This document shows, in pieces, positions 52,304-61,090 of a DNA stretch of 64,000 nucleotides. The translations under genes and the position numbers were made by a program. The stretch spans positions 248,001 to 312,000 of IMG/VR virus record IMGVR_UViG_3300017963_000188, one strand, 5' to 3'. The notes beneath the pieces were generated by a model. The model made no database searches and was not told where the DNA came from. It saw only the letters and a program-made list of their open reading frames with translations. Within the stretch, counting starts at the first letter, position 1; each line of letters opens with the position of its first letter.

Positions 52304-54400
52304 ATGGAATCATATTATCAGAATTTACTCTTGAAGGCTCTTAAAGCTACTCAGGGAAAGATTCAAATATCTAGTGGAGCTTTGATAGGTCAAGAAGGTC
52401 TTACGATTCCTGTGAGCCAATCTGTGCCTTTTGGGAATGAGTTTGGACATGCCTTAACGGATCTCGAAGTTCAAGCTACGTTCAGAAAACCATGTAGTAC
52501 ACAAGCTCTCAAAAATCTGTTTACTACCTTTGAGGGAGAGTCTTCATATGGTTATAAAGGTCGGTTAGGAACTTACTATGGTATCCAGGAATTGTCTTAT
52601 TCAGATCGTGATACAGCCGATTATGCTACGATTACAGCTACCAATCAGTTGACTCATCAGACCTTTAGTTGGGGTGATGATGTTACTGCTGGTGATATGC
52701 TTATTGTTTCTGATCTCAATCCCGTATCAGGTACAAAAACTGGTGTGAGACGTATTTCTGGAGGTGCTGCAACTGTTATCAGCACATATTCAGGACTTGG
52801 AGTCTCCACTAATCAAGTAGATGCTTCTGTACTTAGACTTAAGCCAGTGCAACTTTTCACAGTACCTAGTCCAAATGGAGCAGGCACTGAACAGTTGTTT
52901 TTGACTGTTGATCCTAATAGTGATGCTGTGTCCAACCCTGAATATTTATCCAATTTGGGGCTGGTCAATGAACATCGTGTCTATCCTTTAATACCACCTA
53001 GAACTGGGGAAGAACGGGCTGATGGTATTTTCTATAGGATTTCGGATTTAAAAGGTATGGGGGAGAATGACCTCAGGGCTGATGAGTGGGGTTTTAGGAT
53101 AATTCTGTATCCTTCCAATAGTGGTGGGACCAGTCCAGATCTCACAAAACCAATTGCTTCTCTTAATCCTGTTATAGATAGCACTAAACCATCTGATGAG
53201 CAAGATATGCTCATTGATTATGCTACTGGTTCGGTGTATTTCACTACCCCACCTCGACCTGGAGATGCTATCAACCCAAATAGCTATACAGATGGTCCTA
53301 TCAAGTTATGGGCTGTATTTGCTGCATTTAGTCTTGAATCAGAAACAGGGGATTCTACGGTTCATAATACAGCTCGTATGATTATGGATCTACCATCTGG
53401 TGCTGATGCTGTATATGACCATCCTTCGTTCTTGAAATATAACAAGACCAAAAAGTTGTGGGGATTCTATTCAGGAAAAGGGGCTTTGAAAACAGCAGCA
53501 GGAGACCAACCTGTCCAGGGGTTCGAGTTTGGGGATGATGTTGCTACTGAAGAAACAGTTCGTATGATATTGGACCAAGTAAATGGTAGGTGGGAAATTT
53601 GTTCAGTTCCTACAACATCAGCAAATTATCAAGGTCTGTTCCTTTATTCAGGTGTTAATGGTGGTCAAAACCCTGGTTTAGGTTTCAATATTGGTGGTAC
53701 AGAATATGGCCTACGGATTGATAATTCTACTTTGGGTTGGACTTTTGATGGGGCAAGTTTTGTCTTCAATCAAGGTGCTTCTGGTAACATTGCCATTTCA
53801 ATAAAGGGTGATGGTATAGCTCATGGTATGACTGGGCATGTGCCAACTGATGTGTTTGGGATCATTACTCGACAGCATTCAACAGAAGGTGGGTTGATGG
53901 TAGCAGCATGGTCCAGTGGCACACGATCATTGGAGTTAACTGGTTCTTCTACCACTGCTGATACATCAACATCAATTTCAGCAGCAGCTCCAATCCAACT
54001 TTCAGGCCAAAAAAGAGACACTACTACTATCCAAGCATTAGCAGACACTGAAAATGTAGTGGTAATGCAGAATTTCTTCTCTTCCAAATGGATTCTAAAA
54101 GGCAATGGAGATCAATATATTACTGGGGCTTATGCTAATTACGATTCTGAATCAGATGCTTTAGCCTGTCAAGATCTTGCTTATGAATTGTCTGGCTTGA
54201 CAGATAAGGTGATTCAATATAATCGTAAGAAGTTGGAGAAAATCGGTGTGATGAAAAATGGTTTCATTCACCTTAACAATATGCTAGGATTGCAACTTGG
54301 AGCTATTGGTGAAGTATTCCAGATAGTTGAGATTTTATGTGACAAAATGGGTCTAAGTTATGAAGAACTACGACAAATGATTCGTGGTCAGGAGATGTGA
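52304..54400 (+). CDS. Tail fibre-like protein, family C paralog 3 (no propeller insert)
   Basis: 698 aa. PDLTKPI...DEQDMLIDYATGSVYFTTPPRPGDAINP...KLWAVFA and QPVQGFE are shared with the two preceding ORFs. Helical C-terminus, possibly chaperone-like. Confidence 0.7.
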   Translation: MESYYQNLLLKALKATQGKIQISSGALIGQEGLTIPVSQSVPFGNEFGHALTDLEVQATFRKPCSTQALKNLFTTFEGESSYGYKGRLGTYYGIQELSYSDRDTADYATITATNQLTHQTFSWGDDVTAGDMLIVSDLNPVSGTKTGVRRISGGAATVISTYSGLGVSTNQVDASVLRLKPVQLFTVPSPNGAGTEQLFLTVDPNSDAVSNPEYLSNLGLVNEHRVYPLIPPRTGEERADGIFYRISDLKGMGENDLRADEWGFRIILYPSNSGGTSPDLTKPIASLNPVIDSTKPSDEQDMLIDYATGSVYFTTPPRPGDAINPNSYTDGPIKLWAVFAAFSLESETGDSTVHNTARMIMDLPSGADAVYDHPSFLKYNKTKKLWGFYSGKGALKTAAGDQPVQGFEFGDDVATEETVRMILDQVNGRWEICSVPTTSANYQGLFLYSGVNGGQNPGLGFNIGGTEYGLRIDNSTLGWTFDGASFVFNQGASGNIAISIKGDGIAHGMTGHVPTDVFGIITRQHSTEGGLMVAAWSSGTRSLELTGSSTTADTSTSISAAAPIQLSGQKRDTTTIQALADTENVVVMQNFFSSKWILKGNGDQYITGAYANYDSESDALACQDLAYELSGLTDKVIQYNRKKLEKIGVMKNGFIHLNNMLGLQLGAIGEVFQIVEILCDKMGLSYEELRQMIRGQEM

Positions 54401-54693
54401 TGGGAATTTCTAGAGTTCTAGATTTTACTAGTCAGGAAGCAGGAGAATTTTTAGAGAATTTACTTGAAGGACCTGCACCGGATAATTTTTCAGAGGTAGA
54501 AATTGATGCTCTAAACAGCATCAAACAGGTTCGAGTCAAGTCTGACAAGATAAAACAGAGTATATTACAACACAAAAAAGAGATTGGAAATCTAGAAAAA
54601 GAGATCCAATTTCTCGAAGGTCAGTTCAATGCCTACTTTAATCTATTAGTATCTGCTGAGAATAGGCGTAGAAATGAAATAACGGAGAGCTAA
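54397..54693 (+). CDS. Small coiled-coil protein (possible fibre assembly chaperone)
   Basis: 98 aa heptad-like sequence, coupled to the preceding fibre gene by a 4-nt overlap. Function inferred from position. Confidence 0.5.
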   Translation: MMGISRVLDFTSQEAGEFLENLLEGPAPDNFSEVEIDALNSIKQVRVKSDKIKQSILQHKKEIGNLEKEIQFLEGQFNAYFNLLVSAENRRRNEITES

Positions 54694-54694
54694 G

Positions 54695-55366
54695 ATGCGA
54701 TTTGTTGTGGATAGATTTGATAAGAGAATAAAGGGAGCATATCCTGAGGTGGATTTCCCTATCAATGGGAATTTCATCGTCAAGATACCTTCTACAGTAA
54801 GTGTTGACATTGAGCCAGATATGGACCTCGATGATCTTCAAGATAAGAAATCAATCGGAATCTTAGCTTACTACCCCAGTTTTTCTGATATCATTTTTGA
54901 GGATTTCCTTAACAGTTCTGGTGTTGAAGTACCTGGAAGTCCAGACCCAACTGTGTTATTTGCTGGTATAGGAGACACCTCTCCTGTAGGTTTTTCCCCT
55001 CATTCCAATATTCTACTACCTTATGATGGGACCAATTATGGTCTCCTCACTTCTACTGGTGTAGATATGGGTGGTATGCCAGCCAATAATGATGTGATTG
55101 TGATTTGGGAATGCTTTGAAATCACCAGTGCTGAATCAGATGTTGATGGGGTGTCTACAATATTTTTCAATGAGTTAGATCCTGATGTTGTGAAATGTGA
55201 ACTCTCATTTGATGATAACGTAACTCCTAGTTGGGAACAGGTATATCATAATTCTTTTCATCAGATGACTCCTACAGGTCAGTGGGCTCGTATTAGGTTC
55301 ACAAATAATCTTACATACTCAGACAAAAAAGTATGGCTAGGATCATACTCTATTTTGCATAATTAA
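54695..55366 (+). CDS. Hypothetical virion protein
   Basis: 223 aa, acidic and beta-rich, within the structural operon. Confidence 0.55.
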   Translation: MRFVVDRFDKRIKGAYPEVDFPINGNFIVKIPSTVSVDIEPDMDLDDLQDKKSIGILAYYPSFSDIIFEDFLNSSGVEVPGSPDPTVLFAGIGDTSPVGFSPHSNILLPYDGTNYGLLTSTGVDMGGMPANNDVIVIWECFEITSAESDVDGVSTIFFNELDPDVVKCELSFDDNVTPSWEQVYHNSFHQMTPTGQWARIRFTNNLTYSDKKVWLGSYSILHN

Positions 55367-55379
55367 GAGGTGAATAGCT

Positions 55380-58300
55380 ATGTCAGAAAATTTTGGAAGT
55401 GGTGTTTCTAGGACCCTTGAAGCTAAAGATCGTCAGTATAGTACCGTTGTGTGGCAGAAAGGAAAGCCACCTCTCGATAGTGAGTTGAATCTGATTAGCC
55501 AGATCATCCAAGAGACATATGATAAGCTCTCTGAGGCTTCAACTCCATCTGGATGGGTTGGAGATCCTATTCGTATCACAGAAGACTTTATCACTAATTC
55601 TTCATGGTCAAACCGATTCAGATTTGGTACTCAGAGAAACAGTGAAAAGAGAGGTTTTCCAATCGCTGTGGTGAATGGTTGGGTAGTCCCTGTTGTAGCT
55701 ACCAGGGTAGGTGACCCACCGACTTCTCCAAATGATACTGATTTCTTCAATCAAATTGATCTTGATCCACCTCCCAGTGGTGTAGGTGACTTCAGAACTG
55801 ATTTTGTTTTCTTGGAGGTTTGGAGAGCACAGTTGAGTCCTGGAGGGACAACTTCCAAACCTACAGCAACTGAAATATACAAGTTTGGTAACACTGAACA
55901 TGGTGGGACAAACCTATCAGATGACATTCAAGACCCAGCAATTGGTTTTGAGACCACAGAACGAGTCCAGGTTCAATATCGTATACGAGTTGTTTCTGGT
56001 GTGAGTCTTTCAGGTCATAATGATGGGTTTGATGATTCTGCTGTGTTTGCTCGTGGGGCATCTAGCACCAACACAGCTTTCACTTTTGAAAATATGCGTG
56101 AAGAACTTGGTGATCCAGGTTTGTGGAGAGCAGGGGATGGTGATTACACCAACTCATTAGGTGCTGTAGATGGATATAGTTTTGCTATTCCTATTTGCAG
56201 TGTTTTCAGACGTAACTCTCAAGCATATGCTGCTGATTCAAATCAGAATGGTGGGGTTAATAGAAATCTTGCTGCTACAACAAGGGATGATGCTACTGAA
56301 TTCATCAACACACCTACTCTAGATACAGCAATTGATGATGATGATGTGAGTTTGGATCTTGTGACTATCACCAGCACTGGTTTGCCAAATGTGCAAAGTG
56401 TGATTCGTATTGATGATGAAATCCTTACCTATGCTGGTATCACAAGTAATACCCTGACTGGTCTTGTGAGAGAGGCTTACAACTCTGCACCGCAGGAACA
56501 TAAAGCAGGGGCTACAGTCACATTGCTCCCAATGCGTCCTGATGGTTTGTTTTCAGATCAGGTGGCCAATAAGGACATTTTTGATCTGAGACATGTTGTG
56601 TCTCTTGAGTCAATGGACTTTCAACGTTTGTTATCTCACAATTTCACCAAGCTGTTAAGAGGTGAGTTGAAATCTACTTGGAAGAGATCCGGTGCTTCTG
56701 GTATTCGAGGTCCTGAGATTCTTTTCGTAGATAGATTAACTTCTACCTCCCCACCAGCAGGTGTCTCTGAACTAGATGATACAGATAATCATCGTATTAT
56801 CTTTTCTGATGCAGCTTTGATGCAACCTGGGAATATTTGCATGGTAGCACCCCCTGCCACAGATGGTAGTGAGCAATCAGCTACTTTAGCAGGTTTTGGT
56901 CTAGAGGTTACAGCTACTGCTCAGGTTGCTACAGCTAGTACCTGGACTGCGGGAGATTGGATCAGAATCCCTATATCTCAGTTCAAAAATGGGTTCCAGG
57001 GTGGGCATGATGACAGTGTTCGATTCCTTGCTGATTCTGAATTAGAGACTACTGTTAGAATCTACATTGATGGGGCAGAGACTGAATACACAGCAAATGG
57101 TGGTGGTAATGATTACTTCACTGCTGAAGCTTACACTGGTGGTGGTGTGCCTGATCCTGATGATGATTTAAAGATTACCTTTGGGGGTGATTGGCCTACT
57201 ACCGCAGATACTAATCTGATCATTTCATTTGTGCTTCAATATGGTCCAGGAAGAGGGTTGAGTAGGACTCCTAATTTCATGCACGAGATTAACTTCTCAA
57301 CCTCTACTACTGATATTCTGACTAGATACTTCAACAAATTGCATATGGAACCTATCCATCTTTGGGGTCGTATCAATCCTGAGGGGTATAGAGAAGAGCC
57401 AGTTAAGAACAGTGAAGCCTATATTGACCTTGGTTCTAAGACAGCAATCATTAGTCCTTGGCGTAGGTTGGGAGTACCTGACATCAAGGTTATTGACGGT
57501 TCTGGTTTCAACGGTGGTAGTGGTCTTATGCCTGTAGGGGCAGCTCCTAAGGATGAGGTAGATCCATTGGATCTGTTCAAGGGTAGTGATAATGGTGCTA
57601 CTCAGCATTGTGTGAGTTTCCCTCATGATTGGATCTGTTTCCCTCGGACAGGAGATGTGTATGTACCCATTCTTCATGAGACAGTAGGCAACTTCTATCG
57701 AGGTATCAACTTCTTCATGTCATGTTCTGAAGGTGCTCATGCTACGTTAGACGACAGTGAAAAGAATTATGTCAACACCTCATATGCTGACTCACAGCAG
57801 TTCTTCAGCACCTCAACTGATGGTTCTACCCCAGCAGCTTACAACCGTAAGATCACAACAGGTACTGGTGAAATTGCTGCCCATAGTGTAGCTGGGATGA
57901 GAAAATATAGTAGTGGAGATAGAGAAGGTTTAGAACTTCCACCATTCTATGGTGTAGCTCGTCTATTTGCTGTGTATGAAGGGGTTGATTTTGAAGCTAA
58001 TGGTTCTGCATTTGATACCACGACAAGAGCACCTCTTGCTGGTGGTGCTGTAAATCTTCTCCGACCAGAGTTTGATGGACCACCTATTTTCATCATAGAA
58101 GATGATGATGGGGATTGCACCTTTGTATTGAATGCAGAAGCCATTGACTTGAATCAGCTTGCTTCACCACCAGCATCTTTTGCTGATGGTGAGTATGTAC
58201 TTGAAGCTTCTGTGTTTGGTTTTGACCGTGGGTTCTTGACCGACAATTGTCGGTTGGTGCTCAGTCGAAGTGTGGCTCATGTGGTAGGGGACGATATTGA

Positions 58301-59384
58301 TTCTCCAAATTACATTCTTCAATCACCAGTATCGTCAACAGTAGATATTGACATTGCCTACTCAAGGACTCCATACCAAGGAGACCCATTTGGTAGTCAA
58401 GAAAATCATCTAGATCGTCTTTATAGACCTGGGTGCATGTCTAGTGCTGATGTTCGGAATATTCTGGATAACCCACTGGATTATGATACTTTGACTCTTG
58501 ACAATCAAAAGTCGTTTGAGGTGTTAGAAGGTCTTTCGTTTGCCACCACTTTGGGATCTGGTACCCTTTCATTCCCAAAGACATTCTATAGCAATAGTGA
58601 TGTTTTGGTGGGGTACGAGGAACCAACATCTTGGCCTCCTACATTACCCACTGATCCAAGACCTTTGGTTCAAATCAATGCTACAACCACTGGTTTTGAG
58701 ATTTCAAAACCATCTGATACAAACATCATTGAACGGTTGCCATTAGGGTCTCTGTTTAGAGACAAAGATTTCCTTGGTATGCTGATGGAATCTCTCAATG
58801 GTTCTATATCTAGTAACTTCCGTCTCTGGCATTTCATGCCTGAACATAGAGTTTTGGTGGAACTTCCTCGTTCAAGTCAGTTTTTGAATGATGGAGAGAA
58901 TGTTACTGGTCATGAGTATAACAATTTTGATGGTGTTGGTTCTTATCTCACCTTGGTTGATGGGATCATTGATGACCTATCAAGCACCACAAAATTCAAG
59001 ACAGAACGAGGTGGTTCTGCTTATGTTTCCTCTCGACCAATTCCAGGTGGGCCTATTGAGAATTATCTGGGTATTTTGGATCTCACAGCGGCAAAAAGTA
59101 GTGTCATGATAGGTCATGCCTTGTTGGTGAGGTCTTATCCTGAAGAGGTATCTGGGAATGAAGTAACTGCTGGAGATGAGCTTCAGATGGTGGTAATGAC
59201 ACATTGCTACAAGCCTTCACAGATCTCTTCTTCAGCAGAAGTTTCTATTATGAACTCTCCTACAGGTACTGGTGAAGGATACTCAGCAGTGGACAGGTTC
59301 CGATTGGAAGGACACCCATTGATTCTGAATAGGACTCGTTACGAGCCTGATACCAGTGCCGTGACATTAGCTAAGAAGGTGTGA
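55380..59384 (+). CDS. Tail fibre/baseplate appendage protein, family A paralog 2
   Basis: 1334 aa. VVWQKGKPPLDSELN, DFVFLEVWRA, ETTERVQVQYRIRV, RPDGLFSD and C-terminal RFRLEGHPLILNR parallel ORF 32879-35455. Extra IRIDDEILTY...EHKAGATV domain. SD GAGGTG. Confidence 0.65.
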   Translation: MSENFGSGVSRTLEAKDRQYSTVVWQKGKPPLDSELNLISQIIQETYDKLSEASTPSGWVGDPIRITEDFITNSSWSNRFRFGTQRNSEKRGFPIAVVNGWVVPVVATRVGDPPTSPNDTDFFNQIDLDPPPSGVGDFRTDFVFLEVWRAQLSPGGTTSKPTATEIYKFGNTEHGGTNLSDDIQDPAIGFETTERVQVQYRIRVVSGVSLSGHNDGFDDSAVFARGASSTNTAFTFENMREELGDPGLWRAGDGDYTNSLGAVDGYSFAIPICSVFRRNSQAYAADSNQNGGVNRNLAATTRDDATEFINTPTLDTAIDDDDVSLDLVTITSTGLPNVQSVIRIDDEILTYAGITSNTLTGLVREAYNSAPQEHKAGATVTLLPMRPDGLFSDQVANKDIFDLRHVVSLESMDFQRLLSHNFTKLLRGELKSTWKRSGASGIRGPEILFVDRLTSTSPPAGVSELDDTDNHRIIFSDAALMQPGNICMVAPPATDGSEQSATLAGFGLEVTATAQVATASTWTAGDWIRIPISQFKNGFQGGHDDSVRFLADSELETTVRIYIDGAETEYTANGGGNDYFTAEAYTGGGVPDPDDDLKITFGGDWPTTADTNLIISFVLQYGPGRGLSRTPNFMHEINFSTSTTDILTRYFNKLHMEPIHLWGRINPEGYREEPVKNSEAYIDLGSKTAIISPWRRLGVPDIKVIDGSGFNGGSGLMPVGAAPKDEVDPLDLFKGSDNGATQHCVSFPHDWICFPRTGDVYVPILHETVGNFYRGINFFMSCSEGAHATLDDSEKNYVNTSYADSQQFFSTSTDGSTPAAYNRKITTGTGEIAAHSVAGMRKYSSGDREGLELPPFYGVARLFAVYEGVDFEANGSAFDTTTRAPLAGGAVNLLRPEFDGPPIFIIEDDDGDCTFVLNAEAIDLNQLASPPASFADGEYVLEASVFGFDRGFLTDNCRLVLSRSVAHVVGDDIDSPNYILQSPVSSTVDIDIAYSRTPYQGDPFGSQENHLDRLYRPGCMSSADVRNILDNPLDYDTLTLDNQKSFEVLEGLSFATTLGSGTLSFPKTFYSNSDVLVGYEEPTSWPPTLPTDPRPLVQINATTTGFEISKPSDTNIIERLPLGSLFRDKDFLGMLMESLNGSISSNFRLWHFMPEHRVLVELPRSSQFLNDGENVTGHEYNNFDGVGSYLTLVDGIIDDLSSTTKFKTERGGSAYVSSRPIPGGPIENYLGILDLTAAKSSVMIGHALLVRSYPEEVSGNEVTAGDELQMVVMTHCYKPSQISSSAEVSIMNSPTGTGEGYSAVDRFRLEGHPLILNRTRYEPDTSAVTLAKKV

Positions 59385-59385
59385 T

Positions 59386-59571
59386 ATGGGACAAAGAACT
59401 CTTTCTAAAACAGCTCTGCCAAAAGAGGCTCGTCTTAGTGGTCTGAGCATTGAAGTAAATCGAATCAAGAATCTTCTCTTGAATCCAGCCTTAGGTTCTA
59501 CTGAACGAGATAGTCTTCAGACCAAGCTGGAATCGTTGCTTCAAGAAAAACGTGATGTTGAACAGGAGTAG
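59386..59571 (+). CDS. Small hypothetical protein
   Basis: 61 aa, helical, fills the gap between two coupled genes. Confidence 0.55.
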   Translation: MGQRTLSKTALPKEARLSGLSIEVNRIKNLLLNPALGSTERDSLQTKLESLLQEKRDVEQE

Positions 59572-59577
59572 ATCCTT

Positions 59578-60000
59578 GTGCTACAGATCAGAAAAATAGC
59601 CTACTCTGTAGCGTCACGTATCCCTATATATGAAGACCTCCAACCAATCAAATTAGACAAGTCGTATACTGAAGAAGAATTGATCCGTATGGATACTGAA
59701 GACCTCGATATGATGGCTTTTGGGTTCCATTCAGGTGATTTGCTTGAGGTACATCCAGAAAGTCTTACTGTAATCTATGATGATGACCTTGAAAACGCTA
59801 GGGACCAAGCTGAAAGGGAAGGATGGGAATTATGGGCTAAAAAAGTTGACCTTTCAGATCCAATTGAAGTAAAGTTGAAGCACGGAAGATTGCAAATAGA
59901 GGATGGTCATCATAGGTATTTGGCAGCCAAGATTTTGGGATCTTCACTCTTAGCTATCGTAGAGATATGGGATAATCCCATAGAGAAAATACTTATGTAG
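59578..60000 (+). CDS. ParB/sulfiredoxin N-terminal-like domain protein
   Basis: 140 aa, GTG start. PIEVKLKHGRLQIEDGHHRYLAAKILG carries the DGHHR motif. Confidence 0.7.
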   Translation: MLQIRKIAYSVASRIPIYEDLQPIKLDKSYTEEELIRMDTEDLDMMAFGFHSGDLLEVHPESLTVIYDDDLENARDQAEREGWELWAKKVDLSDPIEVKLKHGRLQIEDGHHRYLAAKILGSSLLAIVEIWDNPIEKILM

Positions 60001-60009
60001 GAGACTATT

Positions 60010-60432
60010 ATGTGGTGGGACAAAGTAAAGACGTTCTTCTGGGCTTTTGTAGCCGGTGTTGGGGCTGTGTTGGTGTTTCTTTTCATTCGTCATACCCAAA
60101 AAGAAACAAAGGTTGTGAATGACATTCCAGATGATCGAGTAGATGATAATGGTAACCCAATTCCTATTGGTGAAGAAGATGATAAAGGTTTCACCCAATG
60201 GGAAGTGAAAGAGTTTGATGTTGGTATCACTAAAGGTCAGGCTTCTTCTGTTACCGTTAAAGGAGATGATGGTAAAAAAGAACGTATTAACCTTCCAAAG
60301 GGTGTGAAGGCAAAGGATGTGAAACATGTGATTCAAGTAGAACCAAACACTCTTGTTGTATCCGTAAAGGATAAAACAGGTGTGGATGCTGGTTCAATCC
60401 TTGATGTGTTGGAAGGTAAAAAAGATGCTTAA
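60010..60432 (+). CDS. Membrane-anchored protein (N-terminal signal-anchor)
   Basis: 140 aa. Hydrophobic FFWAFVAGVGAVLVFLFI followed by a hydrophilic domain. SD GGAG. Confidence 0.65.
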   Translation: MWWDKVKTFFWAFVAGVGAVLVFLFIRHTQKETKVVNDIPDDRVDDNGNPIPIGEEDDKGFTQWEVKEFDVGITKGQASSVTVKGDDGKKERINLPKGVKAKDVKHVIQVEPNTLVVSVKDKTGVDAGSILDVLEGKKDA

Positions 60433-60991
60433 TATCATATTGATTTCAATGCTTCTTACCGTAGATGGTAATACGGATCAAAAGTGCATCCCAAAAAAGA
60501 CTTTTGATGAAATAGTTACGGTAGTGAAGAACTATAAATGTCTGCAAGAGAACAAACCCAGTATCAAGATAGATGAATGGGTGGTACTTGTAGATGAAGA
60601 GGGTCGTATCTTCAGCGGTCCAAGTGATGGGAGCACAGACATTGGTGGGAAGATAACCTGGTGCCCATTCGAAGTGGACTTCAAATTCAAGCCTAAACTC
60701 CAAATGCACACCAAAAAGAAACCAAAAGGTGGGTTTCGGTTCCGATTCAAAGCTTATGTATACGGAAAATTTATCTATATAAAAACCCCCAAAGAAATTC
60801 TAGATGCTGGGATAGGTATAGATTTTCTGTATTACAAGAGATTCAATGTCCAAGTTATTACGGGTATCTTGTCTGTGGGTATTGCTATAGGCTGGGATAT
60901 CACTAAGAACTTTGGGGCAGTTGTGGGGATGACAAATCCTTGGTGGGAATTCCGACTATCTCCGATGGCTGGTCTATATTTTGGTTTCTGA
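60425..60991 (+). CDS. Secreted protein with C-terminal amphipathic beta-strands (outer-membrane-like)
   Basis: Likely start ATG 60425 (MLNIILISMLLTVDG), overlapping the previous stop. Alternating hydrophobic strands ending AGLYFGF. Confidence 0.55.
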   Translation: MLNIILISMLLTVDGNTDQKCIPKKTFDEIVTVVKNYKCLQENKPSIKIDEWVVLVDEEGRIFSGPSDGSTDIGGKITWCPFEVDFKFKPKLQMHTKKKPKGGFRFRFKAYVYGKFIYIKTPKEILDAGIGIDFLYYKRFNVQVITGILSVGIAIGWDITKNFGAVVGMTNPWWEFRLSPMAGLYFGF

Positions 60992-60994
60992 TCT

Positions 60995-61022
60995 TTGTAA
61001 CAAAAATAAATCATGGTAAAGT
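60995..61022 (+). promoter_or_regulatory. Possible sigma70-type promoter for the replication module
   Basis: TTGTAA (60995-61000), 16 nt spacer, TAAAGT (61017-61022) preceded by TG-n (extended -10). Lies in the longest intergenic gap of the window. Confidence 0.3.
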
Positions 61023-61037
61023 ATCGTTACTTACTTC

Positions 61038-61076
61038 GGAGGGGGTATTAGTCTACTGATCTGATTAAAACCCTCC
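61038..61076 (+). other. Imperfect inverted repeat / RNA hairpin upstream of the SNF2 gene
   Basis: GGAGGG (61038-43) pairs with CCCTCC (61071-76). Inner ATTAG-TC-[TACT]-GA-T-CTGAT pairs with one G-U and a bulge. No U-tract. Confidence 0.4.
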
Positions 61077-61090
61077 AGACAGGATTGGAT

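Noticed and set aside
35455-54400. Diversity-generating retroelement acting on the fibre genes
   Set aside because: No reverse transcriptase in the window. I saw no template/variable repeat pair differing only at adenines. Paralog differences affect all bases. A remote RT elsewhere in the genome cannot be excluded.
54080-54400. Peptidase S74 intramolecular chaperone at the end of the 698-aa fibre
   Set aside because: Position and helical tail are suggestive, but the canonical SDxRLK motif is absent (YDSESDAL). It cannot be supported without an HMM search.
55-59384. Bacterial extracellular contractile injection system or tailocin rather than a phage
   Set aside because: The structural genes alone are compatible, but the contiguous SNF2 helicase, loader-like and helicase-like genes, the size, and the lack of flanking host genes favour a phage. 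Capsid and terminase are not in the window, so this is not formally proven.
59386-61000. Canonical holin-endolysin cassette
   Set aside because: No recognisable muramidase, amidase or peptidase catalytic motifs, and no multi-TM holin in this region.
61038-61076. Intrinsic terminator
   Set aside because: The hairpin lacks a downstream U-tract on either strand, so it is kept only as a generic structure.
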